From IMG/VR virus record IMGVR_UViG_3300042261_002385, positions 248,001 through 312,000 of that record: DNA of 64,000 nt, one strand, 5' to 3'. A program made the position numbers and the translations under genes. Of this stretch, positions 57,186 to 64,000 are shown in pieces. The first letter of the stretch is position 1, and each line of letters opens with the position of its first letter. The notes below the pieces were generated by a model that saw nothing but the letters and a program-made list of their open reading frames with translations, did no database searches and was not told the origin of the DNA.

Positions 57186-58199
57186 TTATCTTATTTCTAT
57201 ATCAACAGGTGAAAAATACCTGGTATTGCTCACCCAAACTTCATAATCTGTTCCACTAAAACCATAAACATTAGCCATTGGAGATGCGGTTCTCACATTC
57301 GAAAATGCAGTGCTGATGTTTCCATTTACTCTAAACACAGGAGAAGTAGCATCAGGTACTGTGCTTGGCCAAGCAAACAACAAATACTGACCCTGACCAT
57401 CAATATCTTTATAAATCTTCTCTTTAGTTACAGACAATTCATTCCCATACATCAAACCATTAGCACCAGCTCCATTCAACGATAAAATTGCACCATCTGT
57501 GCAAAGTGTAGCGACAGATGCAATTGAGCCAGGACTCTCAGTTAAATTTGGATTACTTATAGCCGTCAAATTGATTCGACCCCAGTAAATTCTATTCAAC
57601 CAGTAAAAAGACTGAGTAAAAGTGACAACATTACTACCATCATTCACACTGATAACAAAAGAACTACTCTGTGACACAGTCAACGGAGACACACTATGAG
57701 TAGAAGTCGTCGATTGAACGCCGGAGTAGGGAGGAAATATTTTAGGAACACCTGCTACTACTAGGGTCGCCGGAATCAACGAATCAGACCCAAGAGTAAC
57801 ACTATAATTAAGAGAAACCGACAACGGTGCACCAAACTCTCGATTCGACAAAGAGTTAATAAACGGAGATGGTGCTACATATGGGTAAAAAATCCGATCC
57901 AAGACATTTTGAATACTACCAGAGAAAGTAGAACCACTAGTAACCCCACCCACAGGTGTTTGATTAGTAGACGGAGTAGCGGAAGAATACTCTGTAGCAG
58001 CAGTGCCAGAAACAGCCAAACTAGCAGATAATCCATCGATTCGTTCCCATACTGTATAGGCCACATTTCTGACGTCAATAGCCTTAATACTACCAGAGGT
58101 ATTATCCAACAAACCTAACAAAAGTTCATCTAGAGTAGAGAATTCATAACTCAAAGAAGATGAAGCACCAGAAATACTATATGAACTTACCGTAGCCAT
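57186..58199 (-). CDS. Virion structural protein at the head of the fibre operon
   Basis: VGGV.SGSTF..LDRIFYPYVAP and YWG..YLLFAWP segments, with its own late-type promoter. Confidence 0.6.
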   Translation of the reverse strand: MATVSSYSISGASSSLSYEFSTLDELLLGLLDNTSGSIKAIDVRNVAYTVWERIDGLSASLAVSGTAATEYSSATPSTNQTPVGGVTSGSTFSGSIQNVLDRIFYPYVAPSPFINSLSNREFGAPLSVSLNYSVTLGSDSLIPATLVVAGVPKIFPPYSGVQSTTSTHSVSPLTVSQSSSFVISVNDGSNVVTFTQSFYWLNRIYWGRINLTAISNPNLTESPGSIASVATLCTDGAILSLNGAGANGLMYGNELSVTKEKIYKDIDGQGQYLLFAWPSTVPDATSPVFRVNGNISTAFSNVRTASPMANVYGFSGTDYEVWVSNTRYFSPVDIEIR

Positions 58200-58273
58200 T
58201 TAAAATATAATTTAGTTATATATTAAATCCGAACGGCCAAAACTTAAGAAATTATATCATGATGTTTCATGAA

Positions 58274-58984
58274 TTAACAAACCCAAATGTGGTAACCTTT
58301 ATATTCCGTTTCAAATGACCAATCCTCACCCAAGCACTCACATATTAATTCATTTACCTTTTCTTGAACCAATAGTTTAGAAGAACTTAATCGAAATTTA
58401 TCTTCGTCAATCAACTTTTCTAATTTCAATTTCATCTCACCAGGTAATTCTATTTCCTTATTGGAAATTTCTTCAAACAAATAGTCTACTAAATTTTCTT
58501 TTATTATTTCTATTTCTTCTTCAGAGTAGATTACTATTTTCCAGTCGTCATTTTTCCAATCTTCTATTCTAAATTTGTGTTTATCTGAGTCAATAACATC
58601 AATTGCTCCAAGATTTATATCGAAATAGTCTGCTAATATTTTTTCCATTTTAATATCAGCCTTTTCGATACCTTTATATATACATTCTCTGATATTTGAG
58701 ATTTTCCACTCTGTAGACTCATACATTTTAAAAGACTCAAAAGTTATCACTCCATCTCTCTCCATATGCACTCTATCTTCGATTACATCTCTTAAAATTC
58801 TCTCAGAACCAACTATATCTTTAAGTTTATTTCTTTCTAAAAATTTATTAAATCTTTGGCCTCCGGGTTTCAAATATTCGATTAATCTTGAAGGTCTGAT
58901 TTTGTGACCATCAATATACTCATCAACTAATTGGTTAACTAGTTTGTAATATTGGTTAGCTTCTTCGCTATTAGTAATTGACAT
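58274..58984 (-). CDS. Hypothetical protein
   Basis: ORF with an internal ITFESF motif. No family recognised. Confidence 0.55.
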   Translation of the reverse strand: MSITNSEEANQYYKLVNQLVDEYIDGHKIRPSRLIEYLKPGGQRFNKFLERNKLKDIVGSERILRDVIEDRVHMERDGVITFESFKMYESTEWKISNIRECIYKGIEKADIKMEKILADYFDINLGAIDVIDSDKHKFRIEDWKNDDWKIVIYSEEEIEIIKENLVDYLFEEISNKEIELPGEMKLKLEKLIDEDKFRLSSSKLLVQEKVNELICECLGEDWSFETEYKGYHIWVC

Positions 58985-58985
58985 C

Positions 58986-59294
58986 TTAATTAATTGAATT
59001 TTTATTCAAAGTATGAAGGTCTAAAAAATCGTCCTCTTCTATTTCTCTTTCTACGCTTAAGCCTTCTATTTCATCATCATCTAAACGGTCCCCTACAGTT
59101 TCATACCATTCATCTTTGCTCAATTCTTCAATTGTTGAACTTTTACAGAATTTACAGTTATCAACCTCGTTGTTTAGAACTTTCCATAGAGCATCACAAT
59201 CATCACAGTGATAATATAGTGTCAAATCTGCTTTAGATGCTAATGGCAAAGTCTGGCTAAAATCAAAAGTCTCAAATTTCTTAATCCATCTCAT
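58986..59294 (-). CDS. Small zinc-ribbon protein with the MRWIKKFETF tag
   Basis: CxxC...CxxC. Confidence 0.65.
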   Translation of the reverse strand: MRWIKKFETFDFSQTLPLASKADLTLYYHCDDCDALWKVLNNEVDNCKFCKSSTIEELSKDEWYETVGDRLDDDEIEGLSVEREIEEDDFLDLHTLNKNSIN

Positions 59295-59366
59295 ACACTC
59301 TATATATAAAAATTAGTAATTCATTTTATTTTCAAAATTAGAGTTGACCTGATTAATATATACTTT

Positions 59367-60269
59367 ATGAATCTAAAACAACTAAAAGATTTCTACAATA
59401 AGAAGCCTGTTGAATTTGTTATTAAAGAACACTACGACTTAATTGAAGACAATGAGTATATTCCAAGATTTTCACTTAAGAATGTAAAAGATATTTCTAA
59501 TATTCCTATTAACAAACCGATTAAGTATTCCGATGATATAATGGCAAAAGCTATAAAATTTGGAATGATATTCTTAATCAACTATAAAGGTGAAGATGAT
59601 AAACATTTTGCTGGTCATGAGCGCGTAATTTACCCAATGGTTTTAGGTAGGAGTTCAAAAGGTAAAACTCTCTTAAGAGCTTGGCACTTAAACGGATGGT
59701 CTGTTTCACAAAAAAGACACATCAATAAGATTTGGAGACTATTTAGAACAGACAGAATTCTATCTATGACTTTCACTGGTTCGTTTTATAGACTTCCTCC
59801 TTCAGGTTATAATATGAATGATAAAGGTATGAGAGGTGGTTTTATAGCTAAGGCAGACTTTAATGAGATTAGAAGAAATCAACAGAACTTAGTTAATCAA
59901 AATAAGATTCAAAATAGAGAAGAAGTTACTATGGGTGACCAAGATAGGAAATTTGTTTCTATAAAAGTCAGTGAAACATCTACTATCTTAGATTTAACAA
60001 AAGCTATGGATAATGCCTATATCAACAATATAAAAGATATGGCTAACGTAAGATTATCTTTTCTTCGCAGCATCTATGGAAACAAATACATTGCTATATT
60101 AGGAGCCTTAGGGCAACCAGGCAACACCGTTAAAGTTTTCACAGATAAAGGAGTTCAAGTTGGTGTTTTTAAAGTATTAGATTCAATAACTGGTCAAGTG
60201 TTGAGAAGTATAAAGAACGTTAAAGGAAACACAATATACGACCTATACTTATTTGACTCTAAGGTATAA
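59367..60269 (+). CDS. WYL-like domain protein
   Basis: INY..ERVIYPMVLG..LLRAWH..WRLFRTDRILSM follows the WYL strand pattern. Confidence 0.65.
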   Translation: MNLKQLKDFYNKKPVEFVIKEHYDLIEDNEYIPRFSLKNVKDISNIPINKPIKYSDDIMAKAIKFGMIFLINYKGEDDKHFAGHERVIYPMVLGRSSKGKTLLRAWHLNGWSVSQKRHINKIWRLFRTDRILSMTFTGSFYRLPPSGYNMNDKGMRGGFIAKADFNEIRRNQQNLVNQNKIQNREEVTMGDQDRKFVSIKVSETSTILDLTKAMDNAYINNIKDMANVRLSFLRSIYGNKYIAILGALGQPGNTVKVFTDKGVQVGVFKVLDSITGQVLRSIKNVKGNTIYDLYLFDSKV

Positions 60270-60270
60270 A

Positions 60271-60296
60271 AAAACCTCTCAATCTTGAGAGGTTTT
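60271..60296. terminator. Bidirectional terminator
   Basis: AAAACCTCTCA-ATCT-TGAGAGGTTTT between convergent genes. Confidence 0.85.
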
Positions 60297-60313
60297 ATTT
60301 TTTTTATATCATA

Positions 60314-60913
60314 TTATTTAATATCACTAGACTCAATAAGTGTGTATGTGAACGAGTTTCCGTGAATATCTCTAGCTTTTCTACAGATTTTCATTAACGC
60401 TTCAAAGTCTGCTGATTTCTTGAAAACTTGACACCCTTCAGACCAGTTTTCAACATACGTTGAATCAGCACCAGCTTTATGTATATTAATACCAAAAACA
60501 CCTTCAGCAATTTTATTCTCATCATAATTCAAATCTTTGTTAGCATCCCTATAAACCTTAACATTTTTTAATTGTCTTAGAGCCTCATATTTACCTTGAT
60601 GCAAACCAATTCCATGTGAACCCCTATATTGACCTTCAACAAGTCTTGCAACACCAGCCGCATTGTGATATTCTAGAACTCCCTTTTTACCAGGATCAGT
60701 TGTTGCTGGCCAGCAGTGAAATTTCCACTCACCATTTTCTTTGTAAGATAAAGTAATACAATCATCAAAAGCATTTGTTACTTTTTGACCTGTTGATGAA
60801 TTTCTAATACCAATAATATTAACATCAAAACCCTTATTATTTATATCTTCAAAGTAGACATATCCTTTTGATTTGACCGCTACCTCAACTTGTTCTCTTG
60901 TATAACAACTCAT
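60314..60913 (-). CDS. L,D-transpeptidase-like (His/Cys) protein, candidate endolysin
   Basis: ATTDPG, VYRD and GINIH-x-WSEGCQV motifs. No signal peptide. Confidence 0.55.
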   Translation of the reverse strand: MSCYTREQVEVAVKSKGYVYFEDINNKGFDVNIIGIRNSSTGQKVTNAFDDCITLSYKENGEWKFHCWPATTDPGKKGVLEYHNAAGVARLVEGQYRGSHGIGLHQGKYEALRQLKNVKVYRDANKDLNYDENKIAEGVFGINIHKAGADSTYVENWSEGCQVFKKSADFEALMKICRKARDIHGNSFTYTLIESSDIK

Positions 60914-60923
60914 ATTTTATAAT

Positions 60924-61637
60924 TTATTTTTTGAAATCTACGAAACTTTTTATTCCTCTCATCTCATCTTCTAAATCTTTGTTAGCTAAATGACCTTCAG
61001 TTTCTTCATGAGATGGCTCTTCATAATGTGTGTAATTGAGGTCTTCACTTGGAACATCGTGACCTGCAACAAAGTTAAAAACATGTTCAATGTTCTCAGC
61101 TGCTACAGAGATGTGGTCTGAAGCCCAATCGTGCTCAGACAACATGTTATCTAAAGTGTGCTCATCCATTTCTAGCATTTCATCTACTAATCTTTTGATA
61201 GTCTCTAAATTTGAGAAAAACATATAATTTTGAGTTTCTTGATGTTCTCTAAGTCTTTTAACTGTTCTAGATCTCTTGTAGTTTCTAGACTCACTTAGTA
61301 ATGCTTCATCGTTATTATAAGCATCCTGTTCCTCGTGATCCTTACACATAAGTCTCAATTCTTCATCTGAACACATCTCTAATTCATCTTCTGAGTAACC
61401 ACATCTGCAAAGGTAGTTACACATTGATTCTCTGTCCATAGAATTCATATTTTCGTTATGTGAATTCATATGAGAGTGATCATCGTGACTATCAGCCATA
61501 GTTCTACACATCATTTCTAACTCATCATCAGACTTGTCATGTAATTCATGCATGCTACAACCACATACATTACATAAGTATTTACACATCTCTTCTCTAT
61601 CTTGAGAATAAGATTCAAATTTTTTAATTAACCTCAT
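60924..61637 (-). CDS. Cys/Met/His-rich protein with an internal duplication and the MRLIKKFESY tag
   Basis: Two DRExMCxYLC..C..EL...SDxEL.MC repeats and a C-terminal HDWASDHI domain. Confidence 0.6.
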   Translation of the reverse strand: MRLIKKFESYSQDREEMCKYLCNVCGCSMHELHDKSDDELEMMCRTMADSHDDHSHMNSHNENMNSMDRESMCNYLCRCGYSEDELEMCSDEELRLMCKDHEEQDAYNNDEALLSESRNYKRSRTVKRLREHQETQNYMFFSNLETIKRLVDEMLEMDEHTLDNMLSEHDWASDHISVAAENIEHVFNFVAGHDVPSEDLNYTHYEEPSHEETEGHLANKDLEDEMRGIKSFVDFKK

Positions 61638-61669
61638 ATTAAGTGTTATTTTTTAGTATATATTAAATT

Positions 61670-62815
61670 TTAAAATAAAATATTGACCACCTCAGGATAG
61701 TATTTTGTCATCTCAATATTTCTATCTTCGTATTTAATAACCGACAAAACATATCTCATAGCATTTAGTCTACCTATTTTTTTATCATTTGAATTTATTA
61801 TGACCCAAGGTGACAAAGCCGAAGAAGTTTGTTGAAACATTTGTCTTTTAAAGTTACCTATGATTTCCCATTTGTCTAAAACCTTAGCGTCGTTCGGAGA
61901 AAACTTCCAATATTTTAATGGGGATTTTTGTCTTAACTCAAATCTCTTTATTTGTTTATCCTGAGTAATAGAAAACCAAAACTTAATTAAAATAACACCA
62001 CTTCTTATTAGCTTTTCTTCCCAATCTACAACATTGTCCATAAAGTCTTCATACTGTTCTTCACTACAATATCCCATAGCTGGTTCTACTACTGCTCTAT
62101 TATACCAACTTCTATCAAAGAAAACAATTTCGCCAGATTTCGGTAAATGTTTTTCATATCTTTTGAACCAATTATTTTTTTCTTCTTCAGTTGGAACCCC
62201 AAGAGCGACAACTCTAAAACCATTTGGATTGAGATACTCAACAAACCTTTTTATTGTCGAACCTTTACCAGCAGCATCTCTACCCTCAAAAACTATCGCT
62301 ACCTTTTGACCGGTTTTTTTAACCCATTCTTGTAGTTTTAGTAATTCAACTTGTAGCTGATATTTCTCTGACTCATATTGTCTTCTACCAATTATTGATC
62401 CTTCACCTTCAAATTCATCAAAGTGGTCTTCTTTCTTACCCTGTTTGTGTATCTGGTCAATTCTCACACCAATAGAAACGTAGTAATCATCAAAAGCTTC
62501 TCTAACTTTTCTTTTAGTATTTCTTTTCTTTAGTTCTAAAAGTTGATTAATTTTACGAAGAAAAGCTTCAATATTCAATTCAGAGACAACTTCTTCAGTA
62601 AATTCATTAGTAAGTTCTCTAATAACAACTTTGACATCAATTGAGTCGAAATTCCTATACTCAACTTTGTTTGTTTCAAAATTATATATGATATTGGCTA
62701 AGATGTATGTTCTATATTCACCGAGTCTAAATATCAGATTTTGTTTCAAAGTCTCTAATGACTTCTCATCCATATCTTCAATCCAAATCTCCTCTAAAAT
62801 CTTTTTATAATTCAT
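61670..62815 (-). CDS. ppk2: Polyphosphate kinase 2 with a ~120-aa N-terminal extension
   Basis: FEGRDAAGKG, FDRSWYNRA..E..MG, KFWFSI, KYWKFSP.D and PWVII.SNDKK motifs. Confidence 0.95.
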   Translation of the reverse strand: MNYKKILEEIWIEDMDEKSLETLKQNLIFRLGEYRTYILANIIYNFETNKVEYRNFDSIDVKVVIRELTNEFTEEVVSELNIEAFLRKINQLLELKKRNTKRKVREAFDDYYVSIGVRIDQIHKQGKKEDHFDEFEGEGSIIGRRQYESEKYQLQVELLKLQEWVKKTGQKVAIVFEGRDAAGKGSTIKRFVEYLNPNGFRVVALGVPTEEEKNNWFKRYEKHLPKSGEIVFFDRSWYNRAVVEPAMGYCSEEQYEDFMDNVVDWEEKLIRSGVILIKFWFSITQDKQIKRFELRQKSPLKYWKFSPNDAKVLDKWEIIGNFKRQMFQQTSSALSPWVIINSNDKKIGRLNAMRYVLSVIKYEDRNIEMTKYYPEVVNILF

Positions 62816-62913
62816 AAATAGATAAAAATGTTTATTTATATATTATTTTCAACAGTTGAAAAATGATAATAAAGACATTGACTTATTAATTTTCTGCTAA
62901 TTAAAAATTGACC

Positions 62914-62942
62914 TAAACAAATTATGTCATATCCGATAAAAT
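62914..62942 (+). promoter_or_regulatory. Class II promoter TAAACA-N17-TAAAAT upstream of the uvsY operon
   Basis: Read directly from the sequence. Confidence 0.55.
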
Positions 62943-62984
62943 ATAAATGAAACTTTGCGTTTCAATACTAAATTAAACAACGTA

Positions 62985-63407
62985 ATGAACAAAGTAGATA
63001 AATTTCTAGAATTCTTCTTAGAACACATAGATGACCCAAGAATCTCAGTTTTCAAGAAAATGAAATATGGTCACAGATACTACTATATCAATTTTTATGT
63101 TGACGAAGACCCAACTTCTCAGAATAAACAAGCAGGAATTTTTCAATATAGAGACAATATGGAAATTGTCTTTGACAATAGAAATAATTGCATTGAGGTA
63201 TTCGGTGGTGAAGACAGTAACTCACTAATTATTGAGGATTTAGAATTACTTAAAAAGTGGTCTAATATATTAGAAGAAATAGTTTCTAAAAACCTGGAAG
63301 ATAGAGTAATAAATGTTTTTGAAAAAACTTTGAGCGAATGTTTTAATAAAAATCTACATAGAGAATTACAAATGAAAAAAATATTCAAACAAGATGAACG
63401 CTTATAA
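62985..63407 (+). CDS. Hypothetical protein
   Basis: Likely ATG at 62985. Ends RELQMKKIFKQDERL. Confidence 0.55.
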   Translation: MNKVDKFLEFFLEHIDDPRISVFKKMKYGHRYYYINFYVDEDPTSQNKQAGIFQYRDNMEIVFDNRNNCIEVFGGEDSNSLIIEDLELLKKWSNILEEIVSKNLEDRVINVFEKTLSECFNKNLHRELQMKKIFKQDERL

Positions 63408-63888
63408 TCAGGAAGAAATTGATAGAATCAATAAAGTTAAAGATACTAATGATAAATTAGAAGAGTTTTTCAACGATAAAAGAGCAGAGTGGAATAAAAA
63501 TGTTGAGCCACTTTTCAAAATTATTCGTGTAGACTTGACAAATCCAACTTCTGCTAAAGACATTATGGAAGCTCAATCTTTAGCACTTTCCTATAGACAA
63601 GGTATTAACGAACAAATTAATTTCTTCTTAAATAAAAGAAGTAAAGAAACTACTAAAATTAAAAAACTAAGACAAGATAAGTTTATTTTTTACGCAACAG
63701 GATTCGGAGTCAAAACTAATTTAGGGGAAAAAGGAATTCTAATTGACGGACATTTGGCCGAAAATGACAGAAGTTTAGAACTCATCGAATCTTATATTGA
63801 ATTTCTAAGAGACACCGTTAAGAATTTAGAAAGCTTAAGTTACTCAATCAAAAATATGATTGAACTAATGAACTACTTAGGTCGTTAA
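63394..63888 (+). CDS. uvsY: UvsY-like recombination mediator
   Basis: K..FY..G..EK.ILID..SL..IEFL...L.S.SYSIKNMIE parallels the T4 UvsY C-terminal half. Confidence 0.7.
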   Translation: MNAYNQEEIDRINKVKDTNDKLEEFFNDKRAEWNKNVEPLFKIIRVDLTNPTSAKDIMEAQSLALSYRQGINEQINFFLNKRSKETTKIKKLRQDKFIFYATGFGVKTNLGEKGILIDGHLAENDRSLELIESYIEFLRDTVKNLESLSYSIKNMIELMNYLGR

Positions 63889-63998
63889 TCAATCTTTTTA
63901 TTCCATTTAGTTTCGATTCCCATGTTTCTGAGAACTTGGTGACCACGAGAACAATCCATACATAACTGTTTATCACCATCGTAATCTTTAATAAGAAT
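63885..63998 (-). CDS. 3' end of a gene truncated by the window edge
   Basis: Open frame ILIKDYDGDKQLCMDCSRGHQVLRNMGIETKWNKKID* whose stop overlaps the uvsY stop. Confidence 0.45.
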   Translation of the reverse strand: MLIKDYDGDKQLCMDCSRGHQVLRNMGIETKWNKKID

Positions 63999-64000
63999 AT

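Noticed and set aside
9023-62815. Interpretation as a bacterial chromosome or prophage because of glnII, rnr, ppk2, clpS and ssrA
   Set aside because: These genes are interleaved with T4-like core genes and share phage promoter and terminator motifs. There is no integrase or host operon context.
3121-62915. Recurrent (AAAAT)TGAC(T/C)TT motif in intergenic regions
   Set aside because: Spacing to the TATATA box and strand are inconsistent (3, 7 and 12 nt), so I cannot support it as an element.
1-64000. Stop-codon reassignment as in some jumbo phages
   Set aside because: Conserved genes are full-length in code 11. TAG ends genes abutting convergent neighbours (4496, 26710) and TGA is also used as a stop.
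1-64000. tRNA or rRNA genes
   Set aside because: No intergenic space or cloverleaf was found other than the tRNA-like domain of the tmRNA.

Overview
This window is a 64 kb piece of a large, AT-rich, T4-like (myovirus-type) jumbo bacteriophage genome read in the standard genetic code, with no host chromosome visible. The host is probably Bacteroidota, inferred from the ClpS, RNase R and type II glutamine synthetase sequence styles, a Gln+1 signal peptide, the absence of Shine-Dalgarno motifs and TAnnTTTG boxes. It holds the head and packaging core: terminase C-terminal half, portal, prohead protease-scaffold fusion, major capsid, gp4, gp2, gp15, gp25 and the gp55 late sigma factor. It also holds replication and recombination genes (clamp loader, UvsY), auxiliary genes (GlnII, PPK2, Dam, NADAR, HAD, NTase, WYL) and about 22 kb of fibre genes. 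Two candidate systems stand out. (1) A virion protein O-glycosylation locus: a TibC/Aah-type serine glycosyltransferase plus GT8-, GT4-, GT25-like and FkbM domains lies directly downstream of giant proline-free Gly-[Ser/Thr]-Ser collagen-like fibres. (2) A ribosome-rescue and proteostasis kit: an unannotated tmRNA with an atypical T-loop and a long tag ending LAVV, a stand-alone RqcH-type NFACT-R domain, RNase R, ClpS and two zinc peptidases. The DNA also shows two promoter classes, apparently leaderless genes and a shared 10-residue N-terminal tag on unrelated proteins. All family calls come from motif recognition by eye, not from database searches.
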